A program made the translations under genes and the position numbers. The notes beneath the pieces were generated by a model. That model was not told the DNA's origin. It was given only the letters and a program-made list of their open reading frames with translations, and did not search any database. Positions 50,313-58,877 of a stretch of 64,000 nucleotides of DNA are shown piece by piece. The stretch spans positions 10,931-74,930 of the forward strand of contig JAHJVW010000080.1 of the NCBI GenBank assembly GCA_018828585.1, read 5' to 3'. Each line of letters begins with the position of its first letter. Position 1 is the stretch's first letter. The stretch is from Bacteroidota bacterium. GTDB taxonomy: Bacteria; Bacteroidota; Bacteroidia; Sphingobacteriales; Sphingobacteriaceae.

Positions 50313-51473
50313 ATGAGTAAAAGAGATTATTACGATGTTTTAGGGGTAGCAAAAGGAGCTCCTGCCGATGAGATAAAAAAAGCTTATCGTAAGTTGGCTA
50401 TTAAATTTCATCCTGATAAAAATCCTGACGATAAAAGTGCAGAAGATAAGTTTAAAGAAGCCGCAGAAGCTTACGAAATTTTAAGTAATCCAGAGAAAAA
50501 GCAACGTTATGATCAATTTGGTCATGCTGGGGCGCAAGGTAGTTATGGCGGCGGCAGCATGAACATGGATGACATCTTTAGCCAGTTCGGAGATATCTTT
50601 GGCGGCGGCGGAGGTGGCGGCAGCCCATTCGATAGCTTCTTTGGCGGCGGTGGGCAATCTTCTAGGGGCGGACGAAGAGTTCAGAGAGGAACAAATCTCC
50701 GTATCAAAGTTAAATTGACTTTAGAGGAAATTGCAAATGGGATAGAAAAGAAAATAAAAGTAAATAAACAAATAGTTTGTAGCACTTGCGACGGTACTGG
50801 AGCAAAAGATAAAAACTCATTCTCTACCTGTAAAACCTGTGGTGGCCAAGGAGCTGTTCGCCGCGTAACCAACACCATTTTAGGTCAAATGCAAACTACC
50901 AGCACCTGCCCTACTTGTAATGGGGAAGGAACAACGATTTCTGCCAAATGTGGAACTTGTCATGGTGATGGCGTGATGCGTGGGGAAGAAACCATCAGCA
51001 TCAACATACCCGCGGGAGTGAGTGAAGGTATGCAATTGAGCATGAGTGGAAAAGGAAATGCAGCCCCGAGAGGTGGCGTTCCAGGAGATTTAATCATCTT
51101 GGTGGAAGAAATTCCTCACGAATCGCTGAAAAGAGAAGGCATTAATGTGATTTACGACTTACATGTAAGTTTTGTAGATGCCACTTTGGGCGCAAGCATC
51201 GAAGTGCCTACTATTGATGGCAAAGCTCGCATCAAATTAGATCCAGGCACACAGGGAGGTAAAATTCTAAGACTAAAAGGGAAAGGAATTCCGGAAGTAA
51301 ACTCCTATCATAAAGGTGATCAATTGGTGCAGGTAAACATCTGGACGCCAAAAATCCTGAATAATGATGAGCGTGAATTGTTAGAAAAACTAAAAGACTC
51401 CTCAAACTTCAAACCTAGTCCTGGTAAAAATGAGAAAAGCTTCTTTGATAGAATGAAGGAATATTTTGAATAA
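50313..51473 (+). CDS. dnaJ: Chaperone DnaJ
   Basis: J domain with HPD, G/F-rich region, four CxxCxGxG repeats. Confidence 0.97.
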   Translation: MSKRDYYDVLGVAKGAPADEIKKAYRKLAIKFHPDKNPDDKSAEDKFKEAAEAYEILSNPEKKQRYDQFGHAGAQGSYGGGSMNMDDIFSQFGDIFGGGGGGGSPFDSFFGGGGQSSRGGRRVQRGTNLRIKVKLTLEEIANGIEKKIKVNKQIVCSTCDGTGAKDKNSFSTCKTCGGQGAVRRVTNTILGQMQTTSTCPTCNGEGTTISAKCGTCHGDGVMRGEETISINIPAGVSEGMQLSMSGKGNAAPRGGVPGDLIILVEEIPHESLKREGINVIYDLHVSFVDATLGASIEVPTIDGKARIKLDPGTQGGKILRLKGKGIPEVNSYHKGDQLVQVNIWTPKILNNDERELLEKLKDSSNFKPSPGKNEKSFFDRMKEYFE

Positions 51474-51497
51474 AAATTTAGATTAATTTCAAAAATT

Positions 51498-51536
51498 AAA
51501 TAGCTCGTAGTTTTTATATTTCGAGCTATTTTTTTT
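51498..51536 (+). terminator. Terminator after dnaJ
   Basis: AAATAGCTCG / CGAGCTATTT followed by a T run. Confidence 0.75.
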
Positions 51537-51574
51537 GGAGCAATTTCAACAACTGCAAATCCCAAAGGTAACAT

Positions 51575-51637
51575 CTGCTTTCCATTTCCATCTTGAGCCC
51601 AAAAAACAGGGATAAAGGATTTCCACTGTAATCAGGG
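51575..51637. repeat. Second structured intergenic element, related to 37473-37555
   Basis: GGATTTCCACTGTAATC vs GGTATCCGCTACAATC; GCTTTCC vs GCTTTTT; CTG/CAG, ATC/GAT and CCC/GGG stems. Confidence 0.45.
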
Positions 51638-51758
51638 CTAAAGTTCAAATCCACTCGGTTCTATCAAATTTTTGATTTCTTAAATAATTAAATAAATTAA
51701 GGTAGTTTGTAATAATTTACTAAAAAATGTATCTAATAAAGAAATCAAAACCTTATAC

Positions 51759-52661
51759 ATGTTAAAAGTTAGCCATATTGTTAAAGAGTATGCCAAACAT
51801 CGGGCATTAGATGATGTAAGTTTAGAAGTTGAAAAAGGAACTATTTTTGGATTATTAGGTCCAAATGGAGCAGGAAAAACATCATTAATTAGAATCATCA
51901 ATCAAATCACCGGACCAGATGCAGGAGAAGTTTTCTTTAATGGTGAAAAACTCAATCAATCTCACATTAATAAGATTGGTTATTTACCAGAAGAGCGTGG
52001 CCTTTACAAAAAAATGGAAATTGGCGAGCAAATGCTTTACCTAGCACAATTAAAAGGTTTAAGTAGAGCGGATGCTACCAACAGGATCAAATATTGGTTC
52101 GAGAAAATGGAGATGCAAAACTGGTGGAAAAAGAAAGTAGAAGACCTTTCTAAAGGAATGCAACAAAAAGTACAATTTGTGGCCACTATCTTACATGAAC
52201 CTGAATTAATCATCTTAGATGAGCCATTCACTGGATTCGACCCAGTAAATGCCGAAGTCATTAAAAATGAAATTTTAGAGCTTAATCAAAAAGGTGCAAC
52301 CATCATTTTCTCTACTCATCGTATGGAATCTGTGGAAGAATTATGCGATCATATTGCATTAATCAATAAATCACATAAAATATTAGATGGCAGCGTTAAA
52401 TCAATCAAAAACGCATATCGTAATAATACCTTCAGAGTTGGCTTAACCAGAGAATTTGATACTTCAACCTTAAAAACTTTTGAGATCATCAGCTCAAAGA
52501 AAGAAGAAGAAAGTGAAAATTTCACCATCAAATTAAAAGATGGTTTTAGTACTAATGATGTTTTGCAAGAATTACTTCCACAAACTGGAATTATTTATTT
52601 GGAAGAAGTTATTCCAAGCATTAACGAGATATTCATCGAAAAAGTTAAACAGTTAAACTAA
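51759..52661 (+). CDS. ABC transporter ATP-binding protein (NatA/YhaQ-like)
   Basis: GPNGAGKT, LSKGMQQK, ILDEPFTGFDP. Confidence 0.92.
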   Translation: MLKVSHIVKEYAKHRALDDVSLEVEKGTIFGLLGPNGAGKTSLIRIINQITGPDAGEVFFNGEKLNQSHINKIGYLPEERGLYKKMEIGEQMLYLAQLKGLSRADATNRIKYWFEKMEMQNWWKKKVEDLSKGMQQKVQFVATILHEPELIILDEPFTGFDPVNAEVIKNEILELNQKGATIIFSTHRMESVEELCDHIALINKSHKILDGSVKSIKNAYRNNTFRVGLTREFDTSTLKTFEIISSKKEEESENFTIKLKDGFSTNDVLQELLPQTGIIYLEEVIPSINEIFIEKVKQLN

Positions 52662-52668
52662 TCCAACC

Positions 52669-53988
52669 ATGAACAAAGTTTTACTCATCATACAAAGAGA
52701 ATATTTAAGCAGGGTAAAGAAAAAATCCTTCTTAATTCTTACTTTTTTAGTACCCTCATTATTTATCGGAATGATGTCTCTTGTGGTTTACCTGACGGCC
52801 AAAGGGGATGATAAAGTCAAAGAATTCAAGGTTTTAGATCAATCAGGAATCTTTGAAAATCAATTTACAAACTCTAATAACCTCAATTTTAGCTATATAA
52901 AAGGGAATTACGAGGATGCAAAAAAAGACATTCGGAAAGAAAAAGAAAGTTTTCTATTGTACATCCCTGCCAATTATGATTTAACAAAAAACGTAGAAGT
53001 TATTGCTGAGAAAAAACCTGGTATTAATTTGATAAATGACGTTGAAAATCAAATGGAAACTATTATACGCAACAAAAAATTAATTGCGGCAGGTATAGAT
53101 ACCTCGGTATTAAATAGCTCAAGAGAAAAAGTCAGCATTAATGCCAAACAATTAACAGATGAAGGAGAGAAGGATGCTAGTATTGGCGCTACATTTATTG
53201 TAGGTTTTGCAAGTGCATTCTTAATTTATCTGGCACTATTTATTTACGGAGCGCAAGTAATGCGTGGTGTTATAGAAGAAAAGACTACGCGTATTATTGA
53301 GGTAATTGTTTCCTCTGTAAAGCCATTTCAACTGATGCTTGGGAAAATATTAGGTATAGGTGCGGTGGGTTTAACTCAGTTTTTGATGTGGATTATTCTG
53401 ACTGCTGGACTCTCAACGCTAGCAGCAAACTATCTAACAAAAGACGATACTGGCAAAGCAAAGACCGAACAGGTGATGAAAAAAGACATGAATCATCCTG
53501 ATATTCAAAAAGTAGCATCTGGTAATAAAGTAACTCAATTTTTAGATGCTGCAGACACTATTAATTTCCCATATATCATAGGTACATTCTTATTTTACTT
53601 TTTAGGAGGTTATTTATTATACAGTGCATTATTCGCAGCAGTGGGTTCGGCAGTAGATAATGAAACAGAAACGCAGCAATTTATGCTCCCCATAACGCTT
53701 CCTCTGATATTTACTTTTATCATTGGGATGAATGTGATTGTAAACAATCCGGATAGTACACTTTCTTTTTGGATGTCAATCATCCCTTTCACCTCTCCTA
53801 TTGCCATGATGATTCGTATTCCATTTGGTGTACCAGTTTGGCAGTTGGTATTATCCATGACTTTATTAGTTATTGGATTTATATTTACAACTTGGGTAGC
53901 ATCCAGAATTTACCGGGTAGGAATTTTAATGTATGGAAAAAAAGTAACTTATAAGGAACTGGCAAAATGGTTTAATTATAAAGAGTAA
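52669..53988 (+). CDS. ABC-2 type permease (NatB/YhaP-like)
   Basis: REYLSRVKKKSF, GVIEEKTTRIIE, IPFTSPIAM; N-terminal TM, large loop, 5 C-terminal TMs. Confidence 0.9.
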   Translation: MNKVLLIIQREYLSRVKKKSFLILTFLVPSLFIGMMSLVVYLTAKGDDKVKEFKVLDQSGIFENQFTNSNNLNFSYIKGNYEDAKKDIRKEKESFLLYIPANYDLTKNVEVIAEKKPGINLINDVENQMETIIRNKKLIAAGIDTSVLNSSREKVSINAKQLTDEGEKDASIGATFIVGFASAFLIYLALFIYGAQVMRGVIEEKTTRIIEVIVSSVKPFQLMLGKILGIGAVGLTQFLMWIILTAGLSTLAANYLTKDDTGKAKTEQVMKKDMNHPDIQKVASGNKVTQFLDAADTINFPYIIGTFLFYFLGGYLLYSALFAAVGSAVDNETETQQFMLPITLPLIFTFIIGMNVIVNNPDSTLSFWMSIIPFTSPIAMMIRIPFGVPVWQLVLSMTLLVIGFIFTTWVASRIYRVGILMYGKKVTYKELAKWFNYKE

Positions 53989-53997
53989 TTAAGGCAT

Positions 53998-54005
53998 TAA
54001 CTTTG
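53998..54005 (+). promoter_or_regulatory. Candidate -7 promoter element upstream of ppx
   Basis: TAACTTTG. Confidence 0.45.
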
Positions 54006-54009
54006 TATA

Positions 54010-54045
54010 AAAGTCCATGTCCTCGCGGTCATGGACTTTTTTTTT
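54010..54045 (+). terminator. Intrinsic terminator between the ABC permease gene and ppx
   Basis: AAAGTCCATG / CATGGACTTT followed by 9 T in total. Confidence 0.8.
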
Positions 54046-54066
54046 AAACACTGAACTTCCAAACGA

Positions 54067-54999
54067 ATGAACTCGAAAACAAAAGCAGTCATAGACATCG
54101 GCACAAACACTTTTCACTTATTAATAGCCCAAGTTGATGAGGATAAAAATATTCAAGTAATTCATAAAAATACCATTGCTGTAAAATTGGGTGAAGGAGG
54201 TGTGAACAAAGGTTTTATTACTGAGGCAGCTTATCAGAGAGGGATTGATGCACTGATTCAATTTCGGAAAGAACTAAATGACAATGGCATTAAAGATGTT
54301 TTTGCAACCGCTACCGCAGCGGTTAGAGATGCTTCAAACGGTCAAGAGTTTATTGATATGGCCTTAGCTAAAGCTGAAATTAAAATCACTTTAATTGATG
54401 GACTAAAAGAAGCCGAATACATTTATTATGGTGCAAAAGCCGCTCAAACTTTGAACGAAAATGTAAGCCTAATTATGGATATTGGGGGTGGTAGCGTAGA
54501 GTTTATCATCTGTACTGAGAATGAAATATTTTGGAAAAATAGCTTTAGATTGGGGGCTGCAAGGTTATTAGCGGATTATTACCTGACTGATGATTCAATA
54601 ACCAATGAAAGCTTGACAGAAATTGAATATCATTTCTCTCAGCAACTAAATTCGCTGTTTGAAGCAATTAAACAACATCAACCTAAAAAATTGATTGGTA
54701 CGGCAGGTTCATTTGATTCTTATGCAAGTATGATCGCTTTAAAAACTCAAACTATTTTCGATCCTCAAAAAATGTCGAGTTATGATTTTAATCATAAAGA
54801 TTTTGAAGAATTGATTAGTAAAATAATTAAATCAACACATCAAGAGAGAGTAAATATGGAAGGATTAATCCCTTTAAGAGTTGATATGATTTTAATGGCA
54901 TCCATACTTACCAGATATATCATAGAAAATGGAAATATTCAGGAAGTGACAACTTGTACTTATTCTTTAAAAGAAGGATTATTGCTTAGTCAAAATTAG
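54067..54999 (+). CDS. ppx: Ppx/GppA family exopolyphosphatase (single domain)
   Basis: IDIGTNTFHL, ATAAVRDASN, DIGGGSVE, GTAG, SLKEG. Confidence 0.9.
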   Translation: MNSKTKAVIDIGTNTFHLLIAQVDEDKNIQVIHKNTIAVKLGEGGVNKGFITEAAYQRGIDALIQFRKELNDNGIKDVFATATAAVRDASNGQEFIDMALAKAEIKITLIDGLKEAEYIYYGAKAAQTLNENVSLIMDIGGGSVEFIICTENEIFWKNSFRLGAARLLADYYLTDDSITNESLTEIEYHFSQQLNSLFEAIKQHQPKKLIGTAGSFDSYASMIALKTQTIFDPQKMSSYDFNHKDFEELISKIIKSTHQERVNMEGLIPLRVDMILMASILTRYIIENGNIQEVTTCTYSLKEGLLLSQN

Positions 55000-55546
55000 C
55001 CAATTCTTTGAATAAACGCTCGGTTGGTAAACCCATCACATTGGTATAAGATCCATTAATACTTTGAACACCTACCGCACCAATCCAATCTTGAATGCCA
55101 TAAGACCCGGCTTTATCAAAAGGTTTAAACTCTAAGATATAATACCAAAGCTGCTCATCACTTAATTGAGAAAAAGTAACCGCTGTAACTTCAGAAAAAC
55201 TAAAGCTTTTATGTGCAGATTTTAAGGTTACTCCGGTAATCACATGATGCGTTTTACCATTCAATTTACGTAACATTTCAAAAGCATGTTGATCGTTAAT
55301 TGGTTTACCCAGTATTTCGGTACCCAATAAAACAACAGTATCTGATGTGATAATTACACCATCGGATTTTGTTTCGAAAGCATCTGACTTTTTCTTCGCA
55401 ATATATTCGGCTACATCATTTAAAGGTAAATCAGCAGGATAACTTTCGTCAACTTCTTTTATTAATAATTCATATTCAAAACCCATTTGTTTTAAGAGTT
55501 CCTGTCTACGAGGTGATTTAGAAGCTAAATATATCTTTTTGGACAC
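54986..55546 (-). CDS. maf: Maf family nucleoside triphosphate pyrophosphatase
   Basis: LASKSPRR, TSDTVV...GKP, DKAGSYGIQ, NVMGLP; GTG start. Confidence 0.92.
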   Translation of the reverse strand: MSKKIYLASKSPRRQELLKQMGFEYELLIKEVDESYPADLPLNDVAEYIAKKKSDAFETKSDGVIITSDTVVLLGTEILGKPINDQHAFEMLRKLNGKTHHVITGVTLKSAHKSFSFSEVTAVTFSQLSDEQLWYYILEFKPFDKAGSYGIQDWIGAVGVQSINGSYTNVMGLPTERLFKELANFD

Positions 55547-55710
55547 GGTACTGTTTCTTTTTAAATACGTTCAAAAGTGCAATTTATCTTTTAATGATAA
55601 AGTATAAACCATAAAAGAAAATGAAATTCCTAATACTATAAGATATTTAAAAAGACAAACAAAATTAAAACTGGTATTAATTGTGGAGTATAATTTTCAA
55701 ATAAATACCG

Positions 55711-56280
55711 ATGAATCAAATGATGAGTAGAGGGTGGATAGATTCTTTATTATCTCCCCATAGATTTAATGATGTTACAAGAATAGCTGATTCTACAGAA
55801 GCAAATGAGTTTTTTAGAGAAAGTAAACTAAAATTAATTCAACCCAAAACTTGGGTGCAACCCGTAAACTTTGATTCTTGCAATAAAATAACCTGTTTTG
55901 ATCGATACGGTTTTGAAATCGATCGACCAATAATTGTAGGTGACAAATTAAAATTGAATTTTAATTATGAGATAAATGGGAGAAATATCTTATGGCTCAG
56001 AATAATTGAATTAACGGTTATAAAAGAATTGGATGGATACGAAGAAGAAATATTTTTATTGCTACAAGAGACTAAAAATGATAGTTTAATACCCCTCAAT
56101 AATACTTCTATTTCTTCTGGAGAGTGTGCCATTACTTTAAAAAGATTAATAAATACCATTAGTTTGGATATGAAAATAAAACCAGCGCTAAATAACTCAT
56201 TATTCGAACCATCTGAACATAGTTTAATGTTGCAGTTTAATTGGAAAAGATTAATGAAAAATATTTTATCGCAATTATAA
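55711..56280 (+). CDS. Hypothetical protein (189 aa)
   Basis: Long AT-rich ORF co-oriented with the PA2169 gene; no family motif I can name with confidence. Confidence 0.55.
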   Translation: MNQMMSRGWIDSLLSPHRFNDVTRIADSTEANEFFRESKLKLIQPKTWVQPVNFDSCNKITCFDRYGFEIDRPIIVGDKLKLNFNYEINGRNILWLRIIELTVIKELDGYEEEIFLLLQETKNDSLIPLNNTSISSGECAITLKRLINTISLDMKIKPALNNSLFEPSEHSLMLQFNWKRLMKNILSQL

Positions 56281-56307
56281 ATAAGTACCAACAAAAATTA
56301 AATAATC

Positions 56308-56763
56308 ATGAAAAATCAAAATGAAATCACAGCAGATTTAAAAGGATTAATCAACATCTTAAATGATGGAAAAGAAGGCTATAAAGAAGCTATCCATAAT
56401 GTAAAATCCGAAGAATTGAAATCTACATTTATGGATCTTTCCAATGAAAGAGCCGTTTATGCCGAAGAATTAAAAGCACATATTCTACAACATGGGGATT
56501 ATTCTGAAAATGAAGATGGTGGTGTGTTAGGTGCTTTGCACAGAGCTTGGTTAGATGTTAAAGAAGTGTTTTCAGCTAATGAAGATAGTGCCATTTTAAA
56601 TGCAATTGAAACTGGAGAAAAAGCAGCTATTGAAAAATACGATTCTGTACTAAAGAATTACGCAGATCATGCTGATCATTATAGTTTATTGAATGAGCAA
56701 AGAAATGGCATTCAGAAAGCTTTAGACAAAATCAAAACTTTAAGTTTGCAATACCAAGATTAA
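56308..56763 (+). CDS. PA2169 family ferritin-like four-helix-bundle protein (DUF2383)
   Basis: LI.ILNDGKEGY.EA, GALHRAWLDVK, ETGEKAAIEKY. Confidence 0.88.
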   Translation: MKNQNEITADLKGLINILNDGKEGYKEAIHNVKSEELKSTFMDLSNERAVYAEELKAHILQHGDYSENEDGGVLGALHRAWLDVKEVFSANEDSAILNAIETGEKAAIEKYDSVLKNYADHADHYSLLNEQRNGIQKALDKIKTLSLQYQD

Positions 56764-56783
56764 TTATTGGAGAGGTTATTTTA

Positions 56784-56818
56784 AAAAGGATCAATTTAAA
56801 TTTAAATCGATCCTTTTT
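56784..56818. terminator. Bidirectional terminator between PA2169 and kdsC
   Basis: AAAAAGGATC / GATCCTTTTT. Confidence 0.65.
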
Positions 56819-57344
56819 ATTTGATAGATCCATCATCAGCATCTGGCTTTTCGGCAAACCATTTACCCTGCACTTTTAATACTTTTTCTATGATATCTCT
56901 AACAACCCCTTCGCCACCTTTAAATGCCGAGATGTAAGAGCAGCAATCTTTTATTTCTTGCGCACCATCAGCCGGACAGACAGAAATGGCTACTTGCTCC
57001 ATAATTTCCTGATCTGGCAAATCATCACCAACGTAAACAATTTGCTCGGGTTTAATTTCCGTTTTCTCTAAAAAATCTTGAAAAAGCGGCATTTTATAAG
57101 ATACTCCTTGATAAATATGCTGAATTCCTAAACCCTTTAAACGCATAGTAACCGATTGAGCTCTTGCGCCAGTAATAATTGCAACAGTGTACCCTTTATT
57201 TAATGCCAGTTGAATTGCATAGCCATCTTTAATGCTGTATTGGCGAAGCTGATCACCAGTTTCTGTAATTAAGATGTTACCGTTAGTTAAAACGCCATCC
57301 ACATCAAAGATAAAAGTGGTGATATCTTTTAGTTTGTCTAACAT
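56817..57344 (-). CDS. kdsC: KDO 8-phosphate phosphatase, KdsC/YrbI HAD family
   Basis: FDVDGVLT, KDGYAI, YVGDDLPD, GGEGVVR. Confidence 0.85.
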   Translation of the reverse strand: MLDKLKDITTFIFDVDGVLTNGNILITETGDQLRQYSIKDGYAIQLALNKGYTVAIITGARAQSVTMRLKGLGIQHIYQGVSYKMPLFQDFLEKTEIKPEQIVYVGDDLPDQEIMEQVAISVCPADGAQEIKDCCSYISAFKGGEGVVRDIIEKVLKVQGKWFAEKPDADDGSIK

Positions 57345-57414
57345 AGTGGAAAATTACGATTTAGGATCAAAGATTTAAAACCTTAAATATTTAGGATGAC
57401 CTATTTATATTAAA

Positions 57415-57440
57415 CGGGCTAAAGATTTTGGCTTAAAGCC
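57415..57440 (-). terminator. Probable terminator after iscX
   Basis: CGGGCT / AGCCCG stem followed by TTTAAT on the minus strand. Confidence 0.5.
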
Positions 57441-57483
57441 CGACCAACTGCAAATAGCTTGACAGACTTTATTTCTCAAACAA

Positions 57484-57726
57484 TTATTGATTGTCTCGCC
57501 ATTCATAAACCCAGGTAGATTGGATTTGCTCTAAATGGCCTTCATTACATTCTTCTTTAGTGCCTTTGAAATGAGGTAATTCTAAAACCCAGTCCATTAA
57601 CTCGGTAAAACGAATACGGTAAATTTTAGACTCACCAAACGCGTCTCCAAATTTTTCATATAACCCCATTGCAATGTCTTCATAATCGTTCCAATGGATT
57701 GGAAGTTCAAATTTATCTTGATTCAT
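57484..57726 (-). CDS. iscX: Fe-S cluster assembly protein IscX (YfhJ)
   Basis: W.D.EDIA..LYE...IRFTEL..WV.ELP.F...NE..LE.I...W pattern. Confidence 0.88.
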   Translation of the reverse strand: MNQDKFELPIHWNDYEDIAMGLYEKFGDAFGESKIYRIRFTELMDWVLELPHFKGTKEECNEGHLEQIQSTWVYEWRDNQ

Positions 57727-57736
57727 TTTATTTGGT

Positions 57737-58069
57737 TTAGTGTCCTAAGAACTGAGATTGATCTGGAATAGTTACTTCAATATCGCCATCTATAACTACA
57801 CATTGGCAGCCTAAACGAGAACTGATGCGTGGATCTACAGCCCTATCGATAAAATCCTCTTCTTTATCTGATATTTCCTGAATATGGCCATCTCCTTTAT
57901 TTAAATAAACATGGCAGGTGCTGCAGCCACAAACGCCACCACAATTATGCTGTAACTCTATTCCGTTATCAAGGCAAACGTCTAATACTGACTCCCCTTC
58001 TGCAATAGCAAGCTCGACAGTTTCGTGACCTTTCTCTTCAAAATTTATCTTGACTTTATAAATATTCAT
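57737..58069 (-). CDS. fdx: 2Fe-2S ferredoxin, ISC/adrenodoxin type
   Basis: CGGVCGCSTCHV...SRLGCQ. Confidence 0.9.
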   Translation of the reverse strand: MNIYKVKINFEEKGHETVELAIAEGESVLDVCLDNGIELQHNCGGVCGCSTCHVYLNKGDGHIQEISDKEEDFIDRAVDPRISSRLGCQCVVIDGDIEVTIPDQSQFLGH

Positions 58070-58106
58070 GTAATGGCAAATTAAGAATTTATTTGTCGGA
58101 TGCTGG

Positions 58107-58877
58107 TTATTTAGAATACATTTTGACTATGTATTGACTGATGGACTGATATAGATCTTTGAGTTGAGGCTCATTTTCTAATAATTTCAAATGCTTTTGC
58201 ATGATTTGCAAATCATTCCTTTTTGCGGGACCAGTTTGAACATCTTTTGGTTGATTGAGCATGGCTTTATCTGCAGTTTCTTGAATGAGTGGTCTTAGTA
58301 AATCAAAATCAAGATTTACCGAATCTGTTATTTCTTGAGCAATTGTATAGAAAGCATTGGTAAAATTACAGGCAAAAACTGCTGAAATGTGCAATAAAGC
58401 TCTTGTTTTAGAATCCGCATAAATTACTTTTTCTGAAATTTGATTTGCTAAATTTGTTACTTTTTCAATAGAATAGGAATTGCTTCCCTCCACAAAAATT
58501 GGAATTATCGAAAAGTCTATGTCGCTATTTTTAGAAAAAGTTTGTAAGGGATATAACACTCCGCAATTTTCAAATCTTTTACTTAATAAATCTAAATCAG
58601 CAGTGCCTGATGTATGAAATATTAAAGCTTGGCTATTTTGAGGAATTTTATTGATGACTTCTGCAATTGCATCATCCTTAATAGCAACAATAATAAGTTC
58701 AATTTCTTTACCAATTTCACCAATATCTGGGATAGAATTTGCCCCAATTTCTAATGCTAAATCAATGGCATTTTCGTGGTTTCTACTCCAAATCTGTTTA
58801 ACAGGGTGCCCAGCTTTGATGAGTACTTTACTTAAATGAGTCGCAACATTACCTGAACCTAAAATGGCGACTTTCAT
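58107..58877 (-). CDS. Rossmann-like + DUF2520 domain protein
   Basis: GSGNVA, IKDDAI, HTSG, YPLQTF, HISAVFACNF, QTGPAKR. Confidence 0.85.
   Translation of the reverse strand: MKVAILGSGNVATHLSKVLIKAGHPVKQIWSRNHENAIDLALEIGANSIPDIGEIGKEIELIIVAIKDDAIAEVINKIPQNSQALIFHTSGTADLDLLSKRFENCGVLYPLQTFSKNSDIDFSIIPIFVEGSNSYSIEKVTNLANQISEKVIYADSKTRALLHISAVFACNFTNAFYTIAQEITDSVNLDFDLLRPLIQETADKAMLNQPKDVQTGPAKRNDLQIMQKHLKLLENEPQLKDLYQSISQYIVKMYSK

Noticed and set aside
51643-51660. GTTCAAATCC as a tRNA T-loop or integration-site remnant
   Set aside because: No flanking T-stem, acceptor stem, D arm or CCA, and no integrase nearby.
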